Assembly (NCBI GenBank): GCA_039809385.1
Contig: JBDHUY010000006.1
Location: forward strand, 32,001 to 96,000
Direction of reading: 5' to 3'
Source: Candidatus Altimarinota bacterium
GTDB taxonomy: Bacteria; Patescibacteriota; Gracilibacteria; JBDHUY01
Length of the DNA: 64,000 nt
In this document: one piece after another, positions 47,438-61,287 of the stretch
Position numbering within the stretch: position 1 is the first letter of the stretch
Layout: each line of letters opens with the position of its first letter
Program-made: the position numbers and the translations under genes
The notes under the pieces: model-generated
What the model was told of the DNA's origin: nothing
What the model saw: only the letters and a program-made list of their open reading frames with translations
Databases searched by the model: none

Positions 47438-48394
47438 TCATAATTGAAAGACAAACTGTCCGACTTTTCCGTCTTGAAAACTTCCGAGACAAGCAAGGCC
47501 GTATTCGCCGAAATAATCGATAAGCGCTTCTTTAAGATAATATCGGGTCCGAAAAAGTTCAATCTCTTCCCCCGGCATGATAATGGTATGCGTACTGCGA
47601 AAATTTATGCTGATCTTTTGTTTGCTTTGAAAAAAGTAGATGAGTTCTATGCCCTTGGCCGGGATACTTTTGACAAGGCGTAGTCCCATGGTACCTGCCG
47701 CGGAAGGCACATTCAACTGCTGCAGCGGTAGAAAATAACGATGCTTTGCCGGGTCGTGATCTATTTTTGCGGAGACTTCTTTAAACAATTTCATGGTACT
47801 CATTTCGGTCTCGTCGGGACGCAGATCTGTATCAAACCATAGAATATCGCCTTTGCGGAGCAGATTTACCAGGATATCCATAATCTCGGTAAGTACAAAA
47901 CTGCCAAAAGTCGTTCCCAAAAAGACATATACTCTCGGAGCGTTCATATCGATAACTTCATTCATTTCGGCGATAAAATAGTATTTGGAAAAATCGCCGC
48001 GGATAAAGTGACAGGGAAAAGAAACACCGCTGTAAGCAGCTTCGGCCAATTTGATCATTTCCGCGGAGGAATCAATGGCGACGTAGGAGAATTGAGACGA
48101 TTGACGGGACAGGCTGTCCAGGAGCTCGTGTTCCTGACAACCATTCCCGCTGGCTAAGGAAATGAATACAAATGGGCGACCTTTCAGATGAGGTGCTATA
48201 ATTTTTTTAAAGAACGGGGCATAGTGGGTAGGGTCGAGATTTCCCCCTTTTTGAATACGGTTTTGTCGCATGGAATAGTACTGGCTGGCGCCATTGGACA
48301 TATACGAATATTTCTGATCGAGTGACCGATGCCGCAAATCATCGATCAGATCCTGATTGACTTCGCGATCCGAGATAATATCAATATGATCCAT
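47438..48394 (-). CDS. Second EgtD-like SAM-dependent methyltransferase
   Basis: LDQKYSY, ISLASGNG, IDSSAEMI, GDF, FLGTTFG, GEEIEL; aligns by eye with 24103-25065. Confidence 0.72.
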   Translation of the reverse strand: MDHIDIISDREVNQDLIDDLRHRSLDQKYSYMSNGASQYYSMRQNRIQKGGNLDPTHYAPFFKKIIAPHLKGRPFVFISLASGNGCQEHELLDSLSRQSSQFSYVAIDSSAEMIKLAEAAYSGVSFPCHFIRGDFSKYYFIAEMNEVIDMNAPRVYVFLGTTFGSFVLTEIMDILVNLLRKGDILWFDTDLRPDETEMSTMKLFKEVSAKIDHDPAKHRYFLPLQQLNVPSAAGTMGLRLVKSIPAKGIELIYFFQSKQKISINFRSTHTIIMPGEEIELFRTRYYLKEALIDYFGEYGLACLGSFQDGKVGQFVFQL

Positions 48395-48616
48395 GGTATA
48401 AAAGAAAGAAATGCGACCTGGATATTATACCGAAAAAGGGAAAACAGGCTAAAGTATTTCATCATTGTAGCCCTCAACAAAATTCAGTGATAGTTGACCA
48501 AAATGGAGAAAAAGCAATGTTCCGAACAAAATTTTGACAACAAATCACAACAAGAATAGTGTTACAAGTGTCCACTTCCTTTCATTTCATTTTATTTCAC
48601 TTTCTTTCATTTCTTT

Positions 48617-48916
48617 ATGGAAAATCCAACCAACCTGGCTATCGGGCTGTGGAAATTTAAGGATACGGTGCCGTTATCCAGATTATTGGAAGTTGCGCAG
48701 GATTGGTCGAAGGAACCTGCTTATACACATTTATATCTGCGTAAATGCTCCAAAGATCAACATGCGATCGGTTTTGAATATGAGCTTTCGGAAAAGAGTG
48801 AAAAAGCCCATCGCGACTATTTTGACCAAACATCTGACCTGTTAAAGCGTTCTTTCGGCAACGATTTCGTGGGGTGGGACGTCAGTTCCGGCAACAATGT
48901 TCACATTGTCAAATAG
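48617..48916 (+). CDS. Hypothetical protein
   Basis: 99-aa ORF; TTGACA-17-TAGTGT at 48534. Confidence 0.65.
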   Translation: MENPTNLAIGLWKFKDTVPLSRLLEVAQDWSKEPAYTHLYLRKCSKDQHAIGFEYELSEKSEKAHRDYFDQTSDLLKRSFGNDFVGWDVSSGNNVHIVK

Positions 48917-48945
48917 TCTTTGACCAAGAATGACTAAGATGTAGA

Positions 48946-48990
48946 GGAAGACCTGTCAAGAAACCCAAGAAAGTGGTCGACAGGTCTTCT
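48946..48990. terminator. Hairpin between convergent genes
   Basis: gaagacctgtc ... gacaggtcttc. Confidence 0.5.
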
Positions 48991-49437
48991 TCAAAATGTA
49001 TCGGTATCAAAGTTCAATGTAAACGGTCCGTCGTTCACCAAAGAAACCACCATATGCGCCCCGAAACGTCCGGTCTGGACCCGTACCCCGCCCTGTTCCA
49101 GTTCCCTAATACAGGATTCGTACAGAGGTACAGCCTGCTCGGGACGAGCGGCATTGGTAAAACTGGGTCTCCTGCCGGACGAAAGATCGGCATACAGCGT
49201 AAACTGGGAAATCAGCAAGATCTCGCCGCCAGCGTCTAAAATAGACAGATTCGTCTTGCCATCGCTGTCTGAGAAAAAACGAGTATTCAGAAGCTTATTG
49301 ACCATTTTTTCGAGCGAAGAAACAGTATCCTCATGAGAGATTCCCAATAATACCAGAGCTCCGGCTCCGATAGAACCGACAACCTCCCCATCGACCGAAA
49401 CCGAAGCCGAAGTAACACGCTGAACGGTTGCCCGCAT
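48991..49437 (-). CDS. dtd: D-aminoacyl-tRNA deacylase
   Basis: MRATVQRV..ASV, SQFTL, GRRPSF, G.FGAHM.V.LVNDGP.T. Confidence 0.96.
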   Translation of the reverse strand: MRATVQRVTSASVSVDGEVVGSIGAGALVLLGISHEDTVSSLEKMVNKLLNTRFFSDSDGKTNLSILDAGGEILLISQFTLYADLSSGRRPSFTNAARPEQAVPLYESCIRELEQGGVRVQTGRFGAHMVVSLVNDGPFTLNFDTDTF

Positions 49438-49561
49438 AGGATTTTTTGTGGTAAGGTACACAACGATATGTATTCTACACGGGATGATGGGCTACAGGCA
49501 AGCCAAGGATGTGTAAGATACACGAAAGATTCCTCCCTCTACCAATTTCAATAAGGTATCC

Positions 49562-50953
49562 ATGAAAATCGGCAGTATAACATACTTTTGGGTAAGTGTC
49601 TTCCTTCTCGCTGTTCTGGCAAGTCATCTAGTGTTACCCTCGATCGCTTTTGCCGCCACAAATCTAACGGTAGGACCCCAAGATATTCGTTTTTCCAAAG
49701 CTGAACCGCTGGTGGGAGAAAGTATCCGTATCTATGCCAAGATCGCTAACCGCGGCAACGACGACCAGCGCGGCATCGTAAAATTTTTTGAAGGAAAAAA
49801 CAAACAGATCGGCCCCGACCAGCCTTTTTCGATCCTGCAAAACAACACGGCCGACGTATTTACCGATTATACCAACCTGGCTTACGGCGAAAAAAATATC
49901 AGCGTGCGGGTGATTCCCTTCGGCAAGGCCGGCGAACTGATTACCTCCCAGACAACTTTGTTTGTCGACAGGGACAGCGACCAGGATGGAACTCCAGACC
50001 GCAAAGACGACGATGACGACAACGATGGTGTCATCGATGAAAAAGACGCTTTTCCGTTTGATCCAAAAGAGTCGGCCGACAACGACAAAGATGGGATAGG
50101 CGACAATAAAGACAGCGATGACGACAACGACGGCCTGCTGGATCAGGAAGAAGAAGCCAAAGGTACCGATCCGAAGCGGTTCGATAGTGACGGAGACGAG
50201 CGGGGCGATAAAGACGACATCTTTCCGCTGGATAAAAACGAATGGGAAGACAGCGATCAGGACGGTATCGGCAATAATAGCGAATCGGACGATGATAACG
50301 ACGGTGTTCCAGATGAAGAGGACGCTTTTCCAAGGGATAAAAGCGAATCTCGGGACTTTGACCAGGATCGGATCGGCGACAATCGTGATCTGGATGACGA
50401 CAACGACGGGCTATCGGACGGTCGGGAAAAGGACTTGGGTACGAATGCTCTGGACCCCGATACCGACGGCGACGGCACACTGGATGGACAAGATGATTTT
50501 CCGCTCGACAGTTCGGAGGATAAAGATACCGATCATGACGGTCTGGGGGATAAGCTCGATCCGAACAACCGGAATAAGGGGCCACTCCTCAAATACCGCG
50601 TAGAAACGGATCTAAGTCCGTTTTTACCGTACTTTTTTGACGCGGAACAAAGCAGCGATCCTGATGGAGAGATTGCAAAAATAGCATGGAAGATTGACAA
50701 TCGTGTAATCGAAGAAACCGGTTTTGTGGATTTTTTTCTCATGCCGGGAAATCATACGCTGGAACTCACCGTAACCGACAATGACGGCGAATACCGGAAA
50801 AAAACTTTTATACTGTGGGTCTCTCCGGTGATCTACATTCTTATTATCCTTATCGGACTAACAATCTGGATAGTACGCAAAGTTTTGAAAAGACGTACGA
50901 CAAAGCCGTTTACTCGGAAAGAGATCGAGCAAAAGAACTTAAGAAATAAGTAG
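49562..50953 (+). CDS. Membrane-anchored surface protein: CARDB-like, thrombospondin type-3 repeats, PKD
   Basis: Signal peptide; many D.D.DG..D..DAFP.D..E..D.D.DGIGDN repeats; FDA..S.DPDG...W...G.H...LTVTDNDG; C-terminal TM. Confidence 0.88.
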   Translation: MKIGSITYFWVSVFLLAVLASHLVLPSIAFAATNLTVGPQDIRFSKAEPLVGESIRIYAKIANRGNDDQRGIVKFFEGKNKQIGPDQPFSILQNNTADVFTDYTNLAYGEKNISVRVIPFGKAGELITSQTTLFVDRDSDQDGTPDRKDDDDDNDGVIDEKDAFPFDPKESADNDKDGIGDNKDSDDDNDGLLDQEEEAKGTDPKRFDSDGDERGDKDDIFPLDKNEWEDSDQDGIGNNSESDDDNDGVPDEEDAFPRDKSESRDFDQDRIGDNRDLDDDNDGLSDGREKDLGTNALDPDTDGDGTLDGQDDFPLDSSEDKDTDHDGLGDKLDPNNRNKGPLLKYRVETDLSPFLPYFFDAEQSSDPDGEIAKIAWKIDNRVIEETGFVDFFLMPGNHTLELTVTDNDGEYRKKTFILWVSPVIYILIILIGLTIWIVRKVLKRRTTKPFTRKEIEQKNLRNK

Positions 50954-50972
50954 TTTGAATTAAGAAATTTAC

Positions 50973-51107
50973 GCAGGACTAGGTCTCTGACCTGGTGCTG
51001 TCCTTTTAGAAAACAGATTTATCCTTCATCCAAAAAGTACACCACTTACGATCCTACCTGAACGTTTTGTAAAAAGTTATGAATCAGATCAGGAGATCTG
51101 ATCCTGC
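50973..51107. repeat. Inverted pair of imperfect palindromes (REPIN-like)
   Basis: gcaggactaggtctctgacctggt ... atcagatcaggagatctgatcctgc. Confidence 0.55.
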
Positions 51108-51208
51108 CAAGAATGAGCAGAAAAGAGACAACTAGTTATATGGAGCCATACGAGCAGGCGCAGCAGCGAAACTTTTATTCGGAAAATTACGAATATCAGC
51201 ATTTAACT

Positions 51209-51481
51209 TTAGTCTGAATCGAACATTTTCAAAGTTGCCTCTACACGAGCTAACAGCGTATCAAAAACGAGATGCGGGTGTAAGGAACGGTCGGTTATGA
51301 TAAACTCGGTTAACCAAGGAGACAGAAACCACATTAAATGCTGTGGAGGAAGTCTTTCATCGCCCAATTGCTGAAAACGTTCCAAAAAAAGATTCAAAGC
51401 CTTTGAGAAATCATTAAAACGAGGCTGGCGAGAGACTCTTTCAGACGTCTCCTGAGACAAAGTTTGCTGAATTTCAAGCAT
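51209..51481 (-). CDS. Hypothetical protein downstream of 5S
   Basis: ORF from MLEIQQTLSQE after a T-rich leader. Confidence 0.45.
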   Translation of the reverse strand: MLEIQQTLSQETSERVSRQPRFNDFSKALNLFLERFQQLGDERLPPQHLMWFLSPWLTEFIITDRSLHPHLVFDTLLARVEATLKMFDSD

Positions 51482-51532
51482 ATACAAAAAAGAAAAAGGC
51501 TCCAATTTGTTCAGACACAAAAAAAGGCACTG

Positions 51533-51649
51533 TCCTGGCGGCTACCCACTCTCCCACCCGCAGTGCGAGCAGTACCATAGGCCTTGGAGAGCTTAACTTC
51601 TGTGTTCGGGATGGGAACAGGTGTGACCTCTCCAGCATAACCACCAAGA
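51533..51649 (-). rRNA. rrf: 5S rRNA
   Basis: Reverse complement contains cacctgttcccatcccgaacacagaagttaag and gggagagtgggtagccgccagg; closed by the flanking stem aaaaaaggcactgtc/gacagtgcctttttt. Confidence 0.95.
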
Positions 51650-51667
51650 CAGTGCCTTTTTAGTATT

Positions 51668-51982
51668 TTATCTGTTATTTTTCCATAAGTCCGGACGTGT
51701 AGACCACCAGAGCAGAAACTCGTTTCTGTAGTGATTTACAGCGTTGATTAAATCACCATGCGTATCCAGATGTTTTAGGCCGTAGTGTTCCAGCAAAAAT
51801 CGAGGATCGACATTAGGATTTTGACCAAAATGGTAATTCTGAAGAGTTGCTGAAGGCAAATGATCTCTCAATGACCTCAATTCTTCAGGCATTTGAGTCA
51901 CAAAATCCGGGATGACTTCGCTATTAGCCGGAGTGTAATCCGGAGGAAGTTGACCCAGAAAAATATTTGTTTTTATTCTCAT
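51668..51982 (-). CDS. Hypothetical protein between 23S and 5S
   Basis: 104-aa ORF filling most of the roughly 450-nt spacer, co-oriented with the rRNAs. Confidence 0.5.
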   Translation of the reverse strand: MRIKTNIFLGQLPPDYTPANSEVIPDFVTQMPEELRSLRDHLPSATLQNYHFGQNPNVDPRFLLEHYGLKHLDTHGDLINAVNHYRNEFLLWWSTRPDLWKNNR

Positions 51983-52099
51983 ACATGCAGATTCATGAAT
52001 CCCAAATACTGCTTGGGATTTTTGCTAAGTTATGGACCAGGACGTATTTTTCGTCCTTCTTGCCATAAACTACTAGTCAAATTTGAGCAGAAAGAAAAA

Positions 52100-55316
<3,217 letters not shown>

Positions 55317-55500
55317 AATATTTCTTTCCACTCGTATTGACTAGTAGTCCATAGCAAGAAGCTAGGAACTACCATTTTTTATTTTATCTGTTTTGTATGA
55401 ATGAACGATAATCAAACGATCGTCTGATTATCGGTATAGTTGACGATCAACTAATTGTGACAGATACGTTTGTGTCGTATCAAAAATATCTGTCCCGATA

Positions 55501-55686
55501 TGTCAAAGGTCAAAAAAGGGTGTGAATCCTCACACCCTCAAGACCAAAACAATATACTTGGTTTTACGCAAGTGGGTGTTTACGTCTCAAGGTTGTGGGG
55601 AAAAAACTTCATTCAAACTTTGTTCAAAACTTGCTCTCTCAAAACAAGGAGCGTGGTTATTGTTGCAAAATAGAAAAACAAAGTCA
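55501..55686 (-). promoter_or_regulatory. Candidate rRNA promoter and boxA-like element upstream of 23S
   Basis: Minus strand: TTGACT-17-AACAAT near 55686-55658 and tgacctttgaca at 55512-55501; several leader hairpins in 55340-55500. Confidence 0.5.
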
Positions 55687-56101
55687 AATCATTTTTTTAA
55701 AATTTTTTAGCAATTCGTCAAATTACTAGCCGAATCGGCTACAATTAAGGATTTAACTTTCGTGAAAATTTAAAAAACCGATCACCCGGAAAGAAATTTT
55801 TATTACAATTATACAAAACTCAGCGATACAATCAGAGAACAACCAACACAAATCTTTAGAAAGGGGCCGAAAACTTTGCTCCTCAAAAAAACGAATTCTC
55901 TGCGCAATACTGTTGGAAGAAAAGGCGTTCCTCAATCGTTTTACACGAACAACATAAAACCACATCCCAGCATCGGGAAGAATAGACAAGTATTATATAC
56001 ATGCCATCCACCGGCTTTATAGAATGTCTCCGCTCGGCCGCCAAATATTTCACAGGATACAGCTTCGATAGCAAAAGGCAACGATCTGGTTTTCCGGATA
56101 C

Positions 56102-56181
56102 AAAAAAACCACCCGGATTAGGGGTGGTCTTTTTTGAGAAACAAAACCTCAAGCGGGGATACAAGATCTTGTATCCCCGCT
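56102..56181 (-). terminator. Tandem hairpins/terminator after the S-layer gene
   Basis: Perfect palindrome agcggggatacaagatcttgtatccccgct (56152-81), then accaccc..gggtggt followed by a T run on the minus strand. Confidence 0.75.
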
Positions 56182-56199
56182 ATTTTCTATGACAACAAA

Positions 56200-59100
56200 C
56201 TAGTTGCTGACAGAGAGGTTGACGAAGCTGAGAGGCAGCTCATCGAAGAATTGACCGGACATATGGTCAAATGCGGCGATGGTACCACCCGGCTCTGAGT
56301 TGTCACTCCAGATGATGAAACATCCATCAGCCTGTCGTGCAGCCAGAGATTCGGCTTCAAAGTTACAGCCAGCTTCTTCGGCAACGCGAGTCGAAACGGA
56401 GTGCGTACCGAAACCATAGATTCCGGAAGCAAAGTTCACGTCTCCCTTCACCACAAAGGTTCGGGAAGAGCCGCGATCAACCGTCTCTCCGCTCGAAGGA
56501 TTGCTGTCGTCCAGATCGATTGTGATCTGGCAGAGTTCTCCATCGGTCGGATTAGCATCAGAATTATCATCACACATTGCCACAACACTGTTGAGCTGAT
56601 CGTTGTTCGGATCGCGAACAGTAATATTGGATACACCCGCAGCCACAACACTCATGTCGAAGGTAACCCGGTTAAGGTCAAAATCGTTATGAGCATCCGA
56701 AGCGACTACAAAAGTGTACAGTGTTTGCTCAGATCCTTGTACCAGGGTCGTAGAACCAGGAGTTACATTGGCAAATGTGCCTTTGGTATCGGTAATGACA
56801 AAGTCATCGGAGAAACCGCTAACAGCGAGTTCGCCGGCTCCCAATTCCTGTCCCAGACTATCGGAAATGGCGTACACACCATCGGTAGCGGCAGGATCAA
56901 ACAGACCCGGATCGGTCGGATCAAAACCTGTGCCCTGACCGACGATCTCGGGGATCGTAGCCAGTGTCAGAACCTTACCGGTATCGATAGCCTGTGTAAT
57001 GTCGTTGGTGATAGCCTTGACCGTTACCTTGACACTTTGATCTTTGTTGATCTTCAGTGTGCTGGTCGATCCGAGGTTGAATTTCACCAGACCGTTCACC
57101 GCAGCGGCAGTCGTACTGCCACCCGGATAACTCAATTCGTACAGGGAAACCCGACCGTCGGTATCATTGACCGTATTAAAGCTGCTGTCTACAGTTCCGA
57201 GAGAGAACTCACGAACCTGAACAGCATCGTTTTTGGCAGTCATCTTCAAGACGAATACGCCCGTACCGCTGGACTCGGCTACGATAAAGCCTGAATCCGG
57301 AGTACTGTCATCGCGTACGACGGTCAGAGTACCGGTATTCTGGACCTGGAAGTAGGCCGTATTTGCCAGAGGCAGAGTAGGATTGAAGGTAGCACCGTTG
57401 CTGTTATCGTCTTCAATATCCAGATTGTTCAGCTGGAATCCGACAACGTTTCCGCCCGGAGCACCGGTAGAAATGTCGCAGCGCAATTCCATCTGTTTAT
57501 CCGTATTTCGAGCCAAGGGGACATTGAGACCGTTGAAGGTCATCGTAGCGTTACCGGCAGCACCGTTCGGAACTTCGGCATCGCCCACCTGAGAACCTCC
57601 GATATAGAGGTAACAAGCCGGGATGAAGGAAGTGTCCAGATCGGTTCCGGCAGCGTCGAAGGTCTTGATGACCGCTTCGCGGATCGTCAGATCGGCAGCG
57701 TCGTTGGCGCGGATATTCCATTTGGCAAAGGTCTCCATCTGGACACCCGGTACGACATCTTCAGGACTGGTGAAACCGTCGTTGCGGCTTACCGTTACGA
57801 GAGAATTCTGAATAGTAACGACGTTACCCGTAGCCTGTCCGACTGTATCGGTCGGAAGTACGTTTTCATCATTAGTATATTCAGCAGACTGTCCAGAGAG
57901 AAAGTCATGATCTCCAGCATCCTGAGCGCGGACAACAGCAGAGAATCTGTTTCCGGTTGTAGCAGCGTTGTCAATATCGGCAACGATCTTGATCTTGGTA
58001 TCCTGAGTAACCGTGTAGGAAGAATCGAATGTCAAGATGTAATCGTTTGCTACCGTTCCTTGACATGGATTCGTGGTACCGCTGGCAACAAAATCGGTAG
58101 CCGTACCGGAGATACTGTCAATCAGAGAATCGCCGATATACAATTTGATATCGGACAGCTGATTGGCAACACCAGCAGGGGTGTTCTGATTGGAACAAAC
58201 GTGTAAGTTCAAACCGTCGGCGCTGAAAGGCTGGCCGACATTGAGTTTGGCAACCAAGAGGGTGACCTCGTCGCTATCCAGTGCGACGGACTGTGTCGGA
58301 GGCGTCGAAGGATCGCGGGAAACCGTAATCGTACCTCCTTCAATAGTATAGGTAGGCAGGAAGTCGGTAGCACCGTCGGACCAGTTTCCGGTAGCGCCGA
58401 AACCAGTACTGGTTTCAAACGCTCGCAGGTCTTCAAGGTAGCGGACGCGGAACTGGATCGTGTCGTTATTGTCGCCATCGACGATATCGGCACGGATAGT
58501 ATAGGTCCTGGTCTTACCGTCATCAATCAAAGAGTTGATATTGTCGAAGATCAGATAATCTCCGGCAATCTGTACGGTAACAGGCAGTTTCTTGCCAGCC
58601 TCGTACAAACCGACATTGGCCAAAGCTACTTCAAGATCGGCACTGCCTTCGTTCTTGAAAGCAACATACTTGAAGTTGACCGTCTTATTGTCGGAAAGAT
58701 TTTCCAGATCGAAACGACCGAGCTCGACATCGGTATCGCCGATATCATAGTTGGTATCGTTCCCCTGAGGATCGTAATCCAGGCGAGTTACGAGGTAGCC
58801 GGAAGTCTGCATGGTAGCTCCGGTCAAAGGAAAAGTCCCGGTAACCTGAGCAGCTGTAGAAGCTACATCGTTAGCACTCTGAAGAGAGATAGCGTTATAC
58901 TTGCCGGAAATCGGATTTCCGAAAGCATCCAGAGCATCCATCTGAGCCATGACAACCAGATCGATCGAGCTGCCGGCTTTGACAACCAAAGCAGGGCTGA
59001 AGATCAGATTGATACGGTCATCAGTAGTAGGACTCTGGCGATTGGAAACGCGAACCCCGTTATACTCGACCCAAACCTTATCCAGATCATCAGCGTCACC

Positions 59101-60048
59101 CTGCCCGACACGCATAAGCGTCAAACCGGAGAGCTGAATATCATTGGAAGCGCCGGCAGTCACACGATAGACAACATAGGTTGCCGAAGTGGTATTTGCA
59201 GGGACGATCTGAGCATTCGGAGTATTCGGAGAGAGCTGAATATCCAGAGTACCAGCCTTGGGGATATTGCTCGAGCTGTTGCTGTTACCATTTTTATTGG
59301 TATTAACATTGGCAGCGTTGCTGTTACCGTTAGTAACAGGAGCATTGCTGTTGCCATTGCCGGCTACGCGATCTTTCGGACTGAGCGCATTCAGAGTGAT
59401 TTTGGCCATCTGACCGCGTGTCAGTTTCTGATCGGGACCGAAGGTCGTAGCAGTCAGACCATCAAGAACGCTCTTGTTATAAGAGGTAGTGATGAAATCT
59501 TTGGCCCAATGGGAAAGAATATCGGTAAACGGAGCAGCCGGAGAGATCTTATTTGGAATACCGGCGCAGTTTACAGCGATCTTGGTAAATTCCGCGCGGG
59601 TGACAGGATTACCAGGACCAAATTGTCCGGTAGGAGTACCGGAAGAGGTCTTGTATCCGCTCATCAAACCGGCTTTGGTAACAGTGTAGATATAATCACT
59701 GGCCCATGATGCACCGGTTCCCCGAGCTACGTCAGTGAAGATAACCGGAGGATTGGTAGCATCGAGATCGGAGAGAATACCGACACGCTTGGCCATCTGA
59801 TAACAGATCTTGGCGGCCTGATCGCGTGTGACATTATCCTCCGGAAAATATCGATTGCCCTTTTCAGATTTAGGGCCATCGACAAAACCCAGTTTGACCA
59901 GTTCATTGATATGATCGTGGGCAAAGTAGGTAGTAGGAACATCAACAAAGGTGTCGTTGGCCCGGGCGAGCGGAACCGTCAGGACGACTCCCAAGCTGAT
60001 CATGGCAGTACTAAGAGCTGCCATTAGCTTTTTAAACCCAATATTCAT
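56200..60048 (-). CDS. S-layer protein with N-terminal SLH domains
   Basis: Signal peptide; three F.D(V/I)...G...F.P...(V/L)TR repeats; Asn-rich linker; long acidic beta-rich body. Confidence 0.9.
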   Translation of the reverse strand: MNIGFKKLMAALSTAMISLGVVLTVPLARANDTFVDVPTTYFAHDHINELVKLGFVDGPKSEKGNRYFPEDNVTRDQAAKICYQMAKRVGILSDLDATNPPVIFTDVARGTGASWASDYIYTVTKAGLMSGYKTSSGTPTGQFGPGNPVTRAEFTKIAVNCAGIPNKISPAAPFTDILSHWAKDFITTSYNKSVLDGLTATTFGPDQKLTRGQMAKITLNALSPKDRVAGNGNSNAPVTNGNSNAANVNTNKNGNSNSSSNIPKAGTLDIQLSPNTPNAQIVPANTTSATYVVYRVTAGASNDIQLSGLTLMRVGQGDADDLDKVWVEYNGVRVSNRQSPTTDDRINLIFSPALVVKAGSSIDLVVMAQMDALDAFGNPISGKYNAISLQSANDVASTAAQVTGTFPLTGATMQTSGYLVTRLDYDPQGNDTNYDIGDTDVELGRFDLENLSDNKTVNFKYVAFKNEGSADLEVALANVGLYEAGKKLPVTVQIAGDYLIFDNINSLIDDGKTRTYTIRADIVDGDNNDTIQFRVRYLEDLRAFETSTGFGATGNWSDGATDFLPTYTIEGGTITVSRDPSTPPTQSVALDSDEVTLLVAKLNVGQPFSADGLNLHVCSNQNTPAGVANQLSDIKLYIGDSLIDSISGTATDFVASGTTNPCQGTVANDYILTFDSSYTVTQDTKIKIVADIDNAATTGNRFSAVVRAQDAGDHDFLSGQSAEYTNDENVLPTDTVGQATGNVVTIQNSLVTVSRNDGFTSPEDVVPGVQMETFAKWNIRANDAADLTIREAVIKTFDAAGTDLDTSFIPACYLYIGGSQVGDAEVPNGAAGNATMTFNGLNVPLARNTDKQMELRCDISTGAPGGNVVGFQLNNLDIEDDNSNGATFNPTLPLANTAYFQVQNTGTLTVVRDDSTPDSGFIVAESSGTGVFVLKMTAKNDAVQVREFSLGTVDSSFNTVNDTDGRVSLYELSYPGGSTTAAAVNGLVKFNLGSTSTLKINKDQSVKVTVKAITNDITQAIDTGKVLTLATIPEIVGQGTGFDPTDPGLFDPAATDGVYAISDSLGQELGAGELAVSGFSDDFVITDTKGTFANVTPGSTTLVQGSEQTLYTFVVASDAHNDFDLNRVTFDMSVVAAGVSNITVRDPNNDQLNSVVAMCDDNSDANPTDGELCQITIDLDDSNPSSGETVDRGSSRTFVVKGDVNFASGIYGFGTHSVSTRVAEEAGCNFEAESLAARQADGCFIIWSDNSEPGGTIAAFDHMSGQFFDELPLSFVNLSVSN

Positions 60049-61007
60049 AGTAGAAACATGTTGGGTTAGAGAAATAAAACACCCAAGAAACACCACCTCG
60101 TGCTTTCAACGCGTAAAAACGTCGTCAAAAATGAGAAGGGGCGGGTGAGAGGTTGAAAGAAACGGAAAGATAAGGTTGGTATGATGGGGACACTCTTACA
60201 TTATTATATGAAAACAATACGCAAGAGGAATTTCTGGGAGAAATTCTTCTCCCTGTTCCAGCCTTGTAAAAATCACGCGTTTCCTTCGAAAAACAGAAAA
60301 CTTTCTTTTTGCGGAAATAGCCTTTTCTTTTCCCCAATTTTCAAAGATCGCTTCTTTTCGGCTTCGAAAATCAATAGAATTCGCAATCTACTGCACAAAA
60401 ATCTTGTGCACAACTACACGGAGCCGATTGTAGCAAATGGGTTTTTCTCTGTCAATAAAAACAAAAACCTTGTTTTCACGTCAGAAAGAGATTGCCCTAC
60501 CAAATGGTGTTTGCCACCATCAAACCATGCAAGATTGCGCTTTTTCCGTGACTCACATGTACAAACGAACCAAAAAGGACTTTGTTTCAAAAAAAATAAT
60601 TGAAGTATTTTAATATTATTCTTTAATAACACTTCTCCGATCCTTGTGGAGAAATAATCATCTAATGAAACCTAGGCCATAATGTGAGATACGTTTATCA
60701 TATTCCCTCCTTACCGGTCTGCGTTCTTGCCAAGAAAGCGGTATCAATACGAGACATAGGTCCCTCGCAACGCCAAACGTGCTATTTGTTCGTTTTCTAC
60801 GCAAAAAGAGCCCCTTACGTTCAAAGTGTACGCATACCGAAAACCCTTTTTCGTAATGAAAGAACCGACGATCAAGCATGCAGAGCCACCCCTCTGCGAA
60901 TCTCACACAGTGCCAGATGGAGTGATATCCCCGAGGCTACTTCGATTTCTTTGGATGAAAGCATTTTCCCCTTTGTCACATTTCCTATTAAAAAGAGTGG
61001 CAAGTAG

Positions 61008-61036
61008 TTGCAGAAATTCGCTAAAAAGCTTATAAT
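61008..61036 (+). promoter_or_regulatory. Sigma70-type promoter
   Basis: TTGCAG-17-TATAAT. Confidence 0.6.
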
Positions 61037-61287
61037 GCTATGAACCTTGCTAAAAATATAACTTTTCACAAAACAAAAATATGGCTTTGGAAAAACAAAA
61101 GTCGTCCGCCGCGGCAGATAAAACCAAAATGACCGCGAAGAGAACACGGGCAATGACCAAGAATTTTTTCGTCGTTCGCCCGATCGGTCTAGCTGAAGGA
61201 GCTGCCCCAACCAACCTTACTAAACGTGCTTAATCTTTTCGTTAAGCATTTTTTTACACACTTATTTACTTTTATTTACTACCAAGT

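Noticed and set aside
49882-50742. Ser-rich antisense ORFs and repeats in the TSP3 gene
   Set aside because: A by-product of Asp-rich coding repeats on the plus strand.
60100-61000. Replication origin in the long intergenic region
   Set aside because: Only isolated imperfect DnaA-box-like words and no dnaA/dnaN nearby; more simply a divergent promoter region.
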